DNA of 22,062 bases from Verrucomicrobiota bacterium. Its GTDB lineage: Bacteria > Verrucomicrobiota > Verrucomicrobiia > Limisphaerales > CANJXF01. Under the pieces are notes generated by a model that saw only the letters and a list, made by a program, of their open reading frames with translations, made no database searches and was not told the DNA's origin. Each line of letters begins with the position of its first letter. Position 1 is the first letter of the stretch. The position numbers were made by a program, and so were the translations under genes. The stretch is taken from positions 1-22,062 of the forward strand of contig JBBQRQ010000083.1 in the NCBI GenBank assembly GCA_038214755.1, read 5' to 3'. Positions 1 to 7,688 of the stretch are shown one piece after another.

Positions 1-6
1 TAAATA

Positions 7-103
7 GGAGCGCGGAATTTATTCCGCTTCGACTGAAGGACGCCTTGCAATCACCGGACACTAAATCGTATCTCACCTCGAAGCGGACTGAAGCCCGCGC
101 TCC
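7..103. repeat. REP-like inverted doublet (REPIN-like), GGAG-foot family
   Basis: GGAGCGCGGAATTTATTCCGCTTCGA (7-32) and inverted TCGAAGCGGACTGAAGCCCGCGCTCC (78-103). Each arm is GGAGC plus a 7-bp hairpin. Confidence 0.8.
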
Positions 104-239
104 TTCAGGCCAGCTCATCGCCACTCTGAACACGTCGCGAAACAACAAATTCAGAGAATTAAATTACAACGATGAAAATCAGTTTTGTGAATTGTGTAAC
201 TCCTGTCGATTGTGACCTTGGCGGCCAAGGATACCGACG

Positions 240-1421
240 CTACAAACTTAAAATCGCTTGCGCTGCCCGTTGACTGGCGCGCGGGCCGCCGAGCGAGTCG
301 ATCACTTTCGCCAATTTATTTTTTACGGCGGCGCGACGTTCGGCATGGGTGAGAAAATCAATTGCTACGCGCGAAATGTTTTCCGGCGTCGCTTGGTGTT
401 GGATGAATTCTGGAAAAATCATTTCGTTAGCCAGCAAATTCGGCATGGCCAAAAATTTCACCCGCACGATGCGCCGGGCAATTTGATAAGTGCTCCACGA
501 AGTTTTATAGAGGGCAATCGTCGGCACTCCGAAGTAAGCGCATTCCATCGTCACTGTCCCGGTCGAAGCGATCGCCAACGTCGCCTGCGACAGGGCGTCG
601 GCCAATCCTCCAATTTGAATTTCCAAATCAGGCTTACGCGTGAATGTTCTCTCCGCCAGTTGTTTTAAATTTTCATCAGGCAAAATCATTTTGAATTGCG
701 CTGTTTGTTGTGCAGAAATTTTTTTCATCGCGCCCAGCATCACGGGCAAATGCCGTTTCAATTCTCCCACGCGGCTGCCCGGAAGCAAAAGGACCAGCGG
801 CGTTGGAGTGTGGACTTCGAACTTTGAACTTTGAACTTTGAACCTTGAACTTTGACCAGCATATCGGCCGACGATCGGATGGCCGACAAACTCGACGCGG
901 AGATTGGGCGTGCGCGTGGCATACCAATCTTTTTCAAAAGGAAAAATGCAGAGGAGCAGATCGATATCGCGCGCCATTTTTTCCGCGCGCAGCGGGCGTG
1001 AGGCCCAGACCTGCGGCGACACGTACTGGACGATTTTTGGATTCCATTTTCCGCCTTCGCCACGTTGAGCGCGGACAAATTTTTTTATGGCGTGAGCGAA
1101 GCGGCGATTGAACCCGGAGAAATCGACGCAAACAATCACGTCAGGTTTGCGCTCAATGGCGAGTTCAAGGAGTTGGTCGAAAAGTTTTTTGAAATGAGAA
1201 TAATTTTTCAACACTTCAATCAGACCGATGACGGAATGCGCCGTCATATCAATGGCGAGTTCGACTCCAGCCGCCGCCATTTTTGTCCCGCCTGCGCCGA
1301 AGAAAGTTAACTTCGAGATTGCAAATTGCGAAGCGAGCGAACGCAAAGCCTCGACCAACTCCGCCGCCAGCATGTCGCCGCTGCTTTCTCCGGCAATGAA
1401 CATGAAAGTTTTTGATTTCAA
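240..1421 (-). CDS. lpxB: Lipid-A-disaccharide synthase
   Basis: 393-aa ORF with LpxB motifs IAGESSGD, DFSGFN, YVSPQVWA, IFPFE, FVGHP, LLPGSR, TGTVTME and PEFIQ. TTG start at 1421; alternative ATG at 1403. Confidence 0.96.
   Translation of the reverse strand: MKSKTFMFIAGESSGDMLAAELVEALRSLASQFAISKLTFFGAGGTKMAAAGVELAIDMTAHSVIGLIEVLKNYSHFKKLFDQLLELAIERKPDVIVCVDFSGFNRRFAHAIKKFVRAQRGEGGKWNPKIVQYVSPQVWASRPLRAEKMARDIDLLLCIFPFEKDWYATRTPNLRVEFVGHPIVGRYAGQSSRFKVQSSKFEVHTPTPLVLLLPGSRVGELKRHLPVMLGAMKKISAQQTAQFKMILPDENLKQLAERTFTRKPDLEIQIGGLADALSQATLAIASTGTVTMECAYFGVPTIALYKTSWSTYQIARRIVRVKFLAMPNLLANEMIFPEFIQHQATPENISRVAIDFLTHAERRAAVKNKLAKVIDSLGGPRASQRAAQAILSL
814..855. repeat. Heptamer tandem repeat (ACTTTGA-type) x6 inside lpxB, in frame
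   Basis: ACTTCGA, ACTTTGA x3, ACCTTGA, ACTTTGA = 42 bp. Encodes SSRFKVQSSKFEV between the FVGHP and LLPGSR motifs. Confidence 0.9.
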
Positions 1422-1436
1422 TCAGATTTATAAAAC

Positions 1437-1533
1437 GGAGCGCGGCGTTCACGCCGCTTCGACTCACGAGCGCAGAAATGAATCCCAAACAACCTGAAGC
1501 GCAAGCGTTGAAGCGGCGTAAACGCCGCGCTCC
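1437..1533. repeat. REP-like inverted doublet, GGAG-foot family
   Basis: GGAGCGCGGCGTTCACGCCGCTTCGA (1437-1462) and inverted TTGAAGCGGCGTAAACGCCGCGCTCC (1508-1533). Confidence 0.85.
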
Positions 1534-1602
1534 GTCCGTGCCGTCTCGATCTGGCAACACACTCGCAAGATGCGCCCTGCGGAAGCGGGTGAAAAATCCC
1601 CA

Positions 1603-1631
1603 TTGACACCATAGGTAAATCGTTATTTTAT
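1603..1631 (+). promoter_or_regulatory. Possible sigma70-type promoter for the 1679-3933 gene pair
   Basis: Perfect TTGACA at 1603-1608. Only a poor -10 candidate (TATTTTAT, 1624-1631). Confidence 0.3.
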
Positions 1632-1678
1632 CGCGTCGCTTGCCTCACGAATCAGACAAAACAAAACACAAAATTCTT

Positions 1679-2092
1679 ATGCCAAAATCAACTACCAGCA
1701 TCGTTCCTATTGGAGAGAAGGTCTGCAAACCATTTCTGATCGAGGTGATGGTTTTCAGTCCGGAGAGTGGCTACAAATTCAGAGTGGTGGTCGAACGAAC
1801 CTGCACACCTCAAGCCGATCCTATTTGGAAGTTAGTCTTTGACCTCTACAAAATTATCGGCGGAAAGGAAGTCCAGATTGTTCACGTCTCATTTACCGCG
1901 GGAGTTCCCGTCGAACAGAAGGCCATTCAGAAGATGGCGGATGAAGGGATCACTGAAGCTCAGTCCGATGTAATGGTCAACGATGTCCATCCCGCGGTCA
2001 AAGAAATCGAAGGGGTGCCGAAACCTACGGAGAAACAAAAGAAACGCATTCATAAAGCGATGCAGACGGCGGTGACGGCGGTTGAGGTCTAA
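1679..2092 (+). CDS. Hypothetical protein (137 aa)
   Basis: Clean ORF with protein-like composition (beta-rich N-half, helical C-half). ATG at 1679 follows an A-rich leader. Family not recognised. Confidence 0.75.
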   Translation: MPKSTTSIVPIGEKVCKPFLIEVMVFSPESGYKFRVVVERTCTPQADPIWKLVFDLYKIIGGKEVQIVHVSFTAGVPVEQKAIQKMADEGITEAQSDVMVNDVHPAVKEIEGVPKPTEKQKKRIHKAMQTAVTAVEV

Positions 2093-2106
2093 TTGGTTTG
2101 GGCGGG

Positions 2107-2183
<77 letters not shown>

Positions 2184-2190
2184 GAATCCA

Positions 2191-3933
2191 ATGAATTTGC
2201 GCTGCGGGGTTTTAGCAATCGTTGTTACTTTTACTTTGCTGGATAAGCAAGTCTTCGCGCGGGACAACCTGGACATAGACTCCTCCCGTCAACAAGTCGC
2301 CTCTTCCTTCACCAATGCCTATCGGGTCACGAACTTTCAAATCAAGAGCCGTTGGGGCGGCAGGCTGTCGGTGCCGTTGCGAAACGGAGACTTGTGGACG
2401 CCCGAAAAACAATCGGAAGTATTCGCCGCTATTCGCGCAGCCTTCGATAGCGAACAGTCGCAATCCTACTTGCTCAACCAGGCGGGTGAAGCGGGTGTTC
2501 TTTACGTCGATGTTCTTGAGGCTAAAGACGAGGCATCTCATACGGTCGCGCTGACCTTTCGCGTGCTTCGCGTGCGTCTGTCGTTTGCCAGGATCGGTGA
2601 CAATGTCCTGCCTGTCCCTCGCTCTGCTGCGGCGACACTCTACGAAGCAGTGCCTGCGCCGCTGCTCGCGCTGAATCCTGTCATTGGCTTGACCTATGAT
2701 CGAGCCTTTGGCGCAGCATTGACCGGCGGGTTTCACGATGACCTTCTTACTTTGCCAGACACCTTCAAGGGCAGGTTACCTCAGCACGATAACCCAGACC
2801 ATCTCGACGCGCGGTTCACTGGTTCCAAATCCCTGGAGAACTTTTATCGCGCCAATGCCGGGCTTGCCTACTCCTACAGGCGAATCGGACAGTTACTCCA
2901 GGACCTATCCTTTCAAGCTGATTACGATGGAGCGACCGAACCACTGGCTCGACAAAATCATAGGAACCAAACCATCGGCGCGAACGGGGGCGCCACGTTC
3001 CATTTCGCAGCCCATACTCGATTGACCTTTAACGCGGGTTACCGTCATGCGAAGGACTTGCTGAAAGGAACTACGAATCGTTTTCAGACCGATACCGAAG
3101 TTCAACCCAATCGGGTTCTCATTGAATCTCTATTACCTCAACCTATCGGTGGTTTTCTCCGGGCAGCAGTGTGGGAGGACAACGGTTGGACTGATAAAGG
3201 TATTGGCTTCCACCAACGACTGGTGGGGCGGATAGGTTATGCTCGAGAGTTACCTGTCTCGCCGAACCAGACGATAGGAGTGGAACTACTCGGAGGTGGC
3301 GGGCGTTTGTGGGGGGAGGCTCCAACCAGCCGCCGTTACTTTGGCGGTAACTCATCCAGTCAATTTCTTTATGATGGCGTGTCTGAGGCTGGTCTGCTCA
3401 ACCCACCGACAGGCCCTCTGATTCGGAGCTTCGGACAGGGAGAGGCGGTCGGCAGTGGCGTTGGAGCGAAGCGAGGCGGCAATGCTTTCTGGCATTTGAA
3501 CATGAATCTTACGTTGCCTATCCGAAGGTTATCCTGGCCATTGATCCCGGATGAAGATGAAGTGCGGCGGAGATTGAAAAATGGCATCAACGTTTCCGGA
3601 CGGAGTTTCCTTATTTCCGCGCTGAAGCAGCAAGGCATGTCGCGAGAGGAAGCGATAAAGGAAGCCGACCGCACGCTCGATGAGATACGTCCAGCAACGG
3701 AGTTTGTCATTGATGAAGCGAATCTTTATTCGCTCAAGCCGTTACTGATGTTCGATGCCGGAGGGTTGGCCGGCGCGGGAAGTAATCCCACTTGGCTCGC
3801 GGCGGGTGGTGGGATTCAACTCACGTTGGTCACAGCGAAGTTCGAACTGGGATACATGCGGACCGTGCAAGGACCGACGGCGGGCGACCGAGGGAACTTC
3901 TTCTTCCGATTGGTCTTTCAGAATTTGTTTTGA
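2191..3933 (+). CDS. Divergent Omp85/BamA-superfamily outer-membrane beta-barrel protein
   Basis: Signal peptide-like N-terminus. The C-terminal half aligns by eye with the BamA in this window: RYFGG/RWFLGG, IRSF/LRGY, GGNAFW..LPI/GGNTFW..IPI, MFDAG/FYDIG, GGGIQL/GIGMRI, FELGY/LRLDY, RGNFFF..FQNLF/KGRFNF..FQSRF. Terminal Phe. Confidence 0.75.
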   Translation: MNLRCGVLAIVVTFTLLDKQVFARDNLDIDSSRQQVASSFTNAYRVTNFQIKSRWGGRLSVPLRNGDLWTPEKQSEVFAAIRAAFDSEQSQSYLLNQAGEAGVLYVDVLEAKDEASHTVALTFRVLRVRLSFARIGDNVLPVPRSAAATLYEAVPAPLLALNPVIGLTYDRAFGAALTGGFHDDLLTLPDTFKGRLPQHDNPDHLDARFTGSKSLENFYRANAGLAYSYRRIGQLLQDLSFQADYDGATEPLARQNHRNQTIGANGGATFHFAAHTRLTFNAGYRHAKDLLKGTTNRFQTDTEVQPNRVLIESLLPQPIGGFLRAAVWEDNGWTDKGIGFHQRLVGRIGYARELPVSPNQTIGVELLGGGGRLWGEAPTSRRYFGGNSSSQFLYDGVSEAGLLNPPTGPLIRSFGQGEAVGSGVGAKRGGNAFWHLNMNLTLPIRRLSWPLIPDEDEVRRRLKNGINVSGRSFLISALKQQGMSREEAIKEADRTLDEIRPATEFVIDEANLYSLKPLLMFDAGGLAGAGSNPTWLAAGGGIQLTLVTAKFELGYMRTVQGPTAGDRGNFFFRLVFQNLF

Positions 3934-4003
3934 GAATACGAATCGGTTGGCCCGACCGTTTGACAGAGCTTCCACTTCCATTTCTCCTCCACGTCTCTTG
4001 GAA

Positions 4004-4225
4004 TCAAGCCGGAGCGACCTCAGACCCACACTCTATTAGTGGTCGTACCCAGGTTAGAGAAGGTCTGAATCGTAATTCATTTTCGAGCATCAACCTGATC
4101 AACTGATCGTTTCTGCTCCCCTCACCCTGCCAAGCGACTACAGCCGTGCGACTCGCAACAAACGCAACTGAAAAAATAAAGCACAAGCTGACGACCAGAT
4201 AAGTTATGGGGAAAATTATAACCAT
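4004..4225 (-). CDS. Possible small membrane protein (73 aa)
   Basis: N-terminal hydrophobic stretch; AAAGGA upstream of the ATG. No family recognised and may be spurious. Confidence 0.3.
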   Translation of the reverse strand: MVIIFPITYLVVSLCFIFSVAFVASRTAVVAWQGEGSRNDQLIRLMLENELRFRPSLTWVRPLIECGSEVAPA

Positions 4226-4387
4226 ACCAATTTTTCCTTTCGCTCTAACTTAAGGCGAGGTGGACGTAATTGCTTTACGGGTTTTACCTGAAATAAACTT
4301 ACCGTTAGTGCCTGCGCGGAGAATGCTCGTAAGCGTTTCGACTTTGGCAGGTTAGGGTGAGGGCGAGTAACCTTCTCTACTGAATAG

Positions 4388-4603
4388 TTACGGCTGGGAT
4401 TTATGTTGCGATTTTCCCTCGCCGGTTTTAACACTGAATTTTACGGTGGGTCGCGCTGCTTTGTGGATCACCTTTGCGTTGCTCTTGCGGCGTCTTCGAT
4501 CGAGTTTGGCTTCCGGCGAAAAGAAAGAGACACCTATCCATACCACGAGAACCAAAAGGACGCTTCCAATGATGCCCAATAAAATCGGATTTCCAAAATT
4601 CAT
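4388..4603 (-). CDS. Small single-pass membrane protein (71 aa)
   Basis: MNFGNPILLGIIGSVLLVLVVWIGVSFF transmembrane helix followed by a basic tail (RRRRKSN...). Alternative ATG at 4618. Confidence 0.65.
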   Translation of the reverse strand: MNFGNPILLGIIGSVLLVLVVWIGVSFFSPEAKLDRRRRKSNAKVIHKAARPTVKFSVKTGEGKSQHKSQP

Positions 4604-4663
4604 TGCGAAAGTATGCATGAGCCGGTGAAAGTTTCAATGGATAGTAAGTGCAGGAAGATTGCA

Positions 4664-4717
4664 AAAGGGAGAAAGGGAGAAAGGGAATGAGACTTTCCCG
4701 TTTTCCAATTTTCTCAT
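4664..4717. repeat. Short octamer repeats in inverted arrangement
   Basis: AAAGGGAG x2 + AAAGGGA (4664-4686), then roughly complementary TTTCCCGT/TTTCCAAT/TTTCTCAT (4694-4717). Confidence 0.5.
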
Positions 4718-4754
4718 CGGGGCGATACGGGTAAAGGTGAACGGGATGAACCTG

Positions 4755-5108
4755 TCAACCGGGTCCGCTGGGCCGCCAACATTCCAGAGGTTGAGAAGCC
4801 ATCAATGGCCACGAGTCGGGCGGTTGGGTCTGATTTCGTGCGACAGTTAAAATTCGCGCGGCAATTTTCCGCTCTTCCAGTCTGGTTCTGATGCGATGAA
4901 CTCGCTGCCATTGTTTGCGCCAATGAGCTGCTTTTTGTTTTCCAATCCTGGAGGGGACAGCCTGCTCGGCCAGCAAGATCAACCGTCGCAGTTTCCATTC
5001 TTCGAATCGTGCGCGGCCAATTCCGTAGTCGAGTGGGTCGGTTGCCGTCGTCCTATAAATTTCCTGACAGATCGCAGAGACCATTTGATTAAACTCTTTG
5101 TGAGTCAT
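4755..5108 (-). CDS. Hypothetical protein (117 aa, basic, helical)
   Basis: ORF with GAGGAAAG RBS-like sequence just upstream of ATG 5108. No family recognised. Confidence 0.5.
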   Translation of the reverse strand: MTHKEFNQMVSAICQEIYRTTATDPLDYGIGRARFEEWKLRRLILLAEQAVPSRIGKQKAAHWRKQWQRVHRIRTRLEERKIAARILTVARNQTQPPDSWPLMASQPLECWRPSGPG

Positions 5109-5219
5109 CGCGCTTTCCTCGATCTTTAGTTTAAACGAAAAACTACCCGGAAGTTTATCCTGAGTCCTTTCCGTCAATCCTTACGCGCAACCAATTTTGA
5201 AAGTTGTAAGAAGACGCCT

Positions 5220-6059
5220 CTATCCATCAAACAAAACAGTTACCCTGTAAAAACGTTGCAGGTTATTCGTGTTGCCATCGATGATTTTGATCGTTCCGCC
5301 GGTCCCATTGGTGGACGCGAGAGGCTGCCAGATCGGAGGAAAATTCGTGGTGAATTCGACCCGGTTGGTTTTCCCGCTGACACTGTTCCAGGAAATTTCT
5401 CGGAGCGAATTGGTCAGTCTGACTTGAACATTCAAGAGAGAGATGTCCACGTAGATAAGCTCGTTGTAATTGGGATAGAAGTTCCCGGCGTAATTGACGG
5501 GTAAAGAATTAAACGCCCCGCCCAGATTGACCAGGCCGTTGCCGTAAGATCGCGCGTTGAATCCATTCAGGACGTTTGTGCCACGAAGCAGTTTGCCAAA
5601 GACGACAAACAAGTTGTTGGTATCGTTCGCATCGAGAAAGGTATTGTTGGTCGTGTTAAAATACCACTGCGAGGAAGCTGAGTTAGTGTCTCCACCCATT
5701 TTTGCCATGGCGAGAGTCCCGAATACATTGCTGAGTCGGCGGCCAATTCCGAATTCGTTGCTAATGGTTCCAAAATTGTTCACGGCAAAGTATTCGTTGA
5801 AAGGAACGGTGGCACTTCGATTAGTCGTGAAATAACCTCCTCCTTGCACGACGAAATTGGGAACGCAGCGATGGAAAAACATGTCGCGATAAGAACCGGT
5901 TTTCACATAGCGAAGGAAATTCTGCACTGTCACCGGCTTGTCCTGATCGTATAACTCAACATCAATGTCGCCATAGATGGTGCGGAACTGGACATAAGTC
6001 CCAGCGTAGGAAGAGATAGCCAGAAATAGAACCAAAAACAAAGAGTAGGAACGTATCAT
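5220..6059 (-). CDS. Secreted cyclophilin-type peptidyl-prolyl cis-trans isomerase with extra C-terminal beta domain
   Basis: Signal peptide; cyclophilin motifs TVQNF, FFHRCVPNFVVQGGG, GTLAMAK, NSASSQWYFN, VFGK. About 70-aa tail ending RFYRV. Confidence 0.92.
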   Translation of the reverse strand: MIRSYSLFLVLFLAISSYAGTYVQFRTIYGDIDVELYDQDKPVTVQNFLRYVKTGSYRDMFFHRCVPNFVVQGGGYFTTNRSATVPFNEYFAVNNFGTISNEFGIGRRLSNVFGTLAMAKMGGDTNSASSQWYFNTTNNTFLDANDTNNLFVVFGKLLRGTNVLNGFNARSYGNGLVNLGGAFNSLPVNYAGNFYPNYNELIYVDISLLNVQVRLTNSLREISWNSVSGKTNRVEFTTNFPPIWQPLASTNGTGGTIKIIDGNTNNLQRFYRVTVLFDG

Positions 6060-6372
6060 TCGAGAGAAAAATATTACCTATTACTGGATCATCAATCAAT
6101 CCATTTCGATGGGTAGCATCTGCCTCCGGCGGGTGCGAAGTGAGTTTGTTATTTTAACTTGATGTTGATCTTCGATGTTCAACGGGGGTCAAAAAGGAAC
6201 TTGGAGGCAGCCAGATGGTCCATTCCCTCGCCAAAATTCTTGTTTCAAAAAAAACTCCTGGCTTTCGCAGGGAGATGACCGGTGACAAAATATTGCAGGC
6301 CATTATCGCCGCGACAGAGAAATGGTTTCGTCATCCCCTGTTCAGTCCGAGTTATTATTTCAACAATTCGGA

Positions 6373-6600
6373 TCACCGCATTCTCTTTCGACGTGATTTG
6401 GTCACAGGCAACAGCGGAGCGGTGAGTTTTTCGTAGAGCGAGAAAAGGAATTCGACGCGCTCGCGGTCAGATGAAAATGGCTGGCGAGGGCTGCGTCGGG
6501 AAATTCCTGGCGCGCGTCGAGCACGGCTTGCGCTTTTTCTTCCACGGCGGCGCGCTGCTTCTCGCTCACGTTCGGCGACCACGGATAATTGTTGTAAACG
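6373..6600 (-). pseudogene. 3' remnant of an MmeI-like type IIL restriction-modification gene, with internal deletion and frameshift
   Basis: One frame reads VYNNYPWSPNVSEKQRAAVEEKAQAVLDARQEFPDAALA and the next reads RQPFSSDRERVEFLFSLYEKLTAPLL. Both match my recollection of the MmeI-family C-terminus; the usual intervening LYDPxxMP...H..LD.AVD segment is absent. Confidence 0.8.
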
Positions 6601-6601
6601 G

Positions 6602-7240
6602 TCACGAAAGTTGTCGCGGATTCCAACCTCTGAGGACTTGACCGAATACCAAATAGTCGGGCTCGGGATAAAACTCACGACGCGCAGGAAGATTGATTGC
6701 ATCGCGACAACCTTTTCGAAATGAATTCTCACCGCCATCCCAACCGATGGCTCGTAATTTCGTGAAGTTCTCTTCGTGGAAAACAATTGAATAATTGCGT
6801 TTGATGCCGAGTAACCCATGGTCGAATGCGCGGTGATGAAGCGCGCTAAGACATAAACCGTTTTTTGTTTCATCCGTTCCTCGGTCATGCTCGACCGGAA
6901 TAATGTGAGATGCGTCTAAAAGGTCTAACTGTAGGTCGCTTGCTGCACAACGGTGGGCGTATGCGGCAAGAACATTCTTTCGAAAACGTGCGTCACGAAC
7001 CTTTCGTTGAATTTGCTCGACCACTGTTCGTCGTGGACCAGCCGGAATATCACGGATGTTCGTCGCGTTCATGTCAGCGATTTGCGTTACGGCAATCAGG
7101 TCTTGCGGATGCTGTGCAGTGCCGTGAAGTGCTTCGAGTTCGTTGACGTAGGTTGCAAAAAACTCGGGGCGAAAGCCGATGGTAATCTCGTTATTCTGTC
7201 GAGTTTGGGGATAGAAATCTGTCTTCTTTGCGTGCTCCAA
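6602..7240 (-). CDS. HNH endonuclease (putative restriction nuclease), apparently 5'-truncated
   Basis: RDARFRKNVLAAYAHRCA...LDASHIIP...DETKNGLCLSALHHRAFDHG is an HNH_2-type signature. The frame stays open and protein-like (VAGFDVTKH...GSSPSAQI) upstream to about 7312, with no start codon between TTG 7240 and the stop at 7364-7366. Confidence 0.85.
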   Translation of the reverse strand: MEHAKKTDFYPQTRQNNEITIGFRPEFFATYVNELEALHGTAQHPQDLIAVTQIADMNATNIRDIPAGPRRTVVEQIQRKVRDARFRKNVLAAYAHRCAASDLQLDLLDASHIIPVEHDRGTDETKNGLCLSALHHRAFDHGLLGIKRNYSIVFHEENFTKLRAIGWDGGENSFRKGCRDAINLPARREFYPEPDYLVFGQVLRGWNPRQLS

Positions 7241-7293
7241 AGTTTCACGCCGAATTTGGGCAGAGGGAGAACTGCCAAAAGTGCGGTGCTTTG

Positions 7294-7686
7294 TTACGTC
7301 GAACCCTGCAACTTTTCCTTCTTCAGTTTGCCAATCAATCCAAAGCGAACCTTCACTCCGATTTCAGAAAGATCGATGCATTCCATCATTGATTTTCCAC
7401 TGCGCCGGGCTGCCCAAACTCGATTTCTCCCATCAAGCCATTGGTCGCCGCAAATGATAATCGGCGGGACTTGTTGGCCGACCATCGCCTCTGAATATGC
7501 ACTATTGCGATAGTCAGTCCACATTCTCGCATTCGGAAATGCCGCTACTGGGACGCAGCGAATTTGAAAGCGATGCGATTTCAACCGCTCCAAACACTCT
7601 ACTCCCAGTGCATCTTCAATAAGGTCCGAAACCAAGACTTGTAAGTCCTCTGGCAGTTCCGAAACTTTGCAAGTTCGGGAGTGCAT
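7294..7686 (-). CDS. Small ParB/sulfiredoxin-fold (ParB N-terminal-like) protein
   Basis: PPIIICGDQWLDGRNRVWAAR resembles the ParB/Srx PI(I/V)...DGxHR..A motif. The ATG is 2 nt after the stop of the PLD gene. Confidence 0.6.
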   Translation of the reverse strand: MHSRTCKVSELPEDLQVLVSDLIEDALGVECLERLKSHRFQIRCVPVAAFPNARMWTDYRNSAYSEAMVGQQVPPIIICGDQWLDGRNRVWAARRSGKSMMECIDLSEIGVKVRFGLIGKLKKEKLQGST

Positions 7687-7688
7687 TC

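Noticed and set aside
1249..1612. Small ORFs over the lpxB upstream region
   Set aside because: Translations of the REP doublet and intergenic sequence.
6111..6217. Possible decayed REP doublet (GGGTAGCATCTGCCTCC ... GGAGGCAG)
   Set aside because: Only about 8 bp of complementarity; too degenerate to support.
6373..6888. 171-aa minus-strand ORF as a real gene
   Set aside because: Mostly an alternate frame of the HNH gene; only its last roughly 37 codons belong to the MmeI-like remnant.
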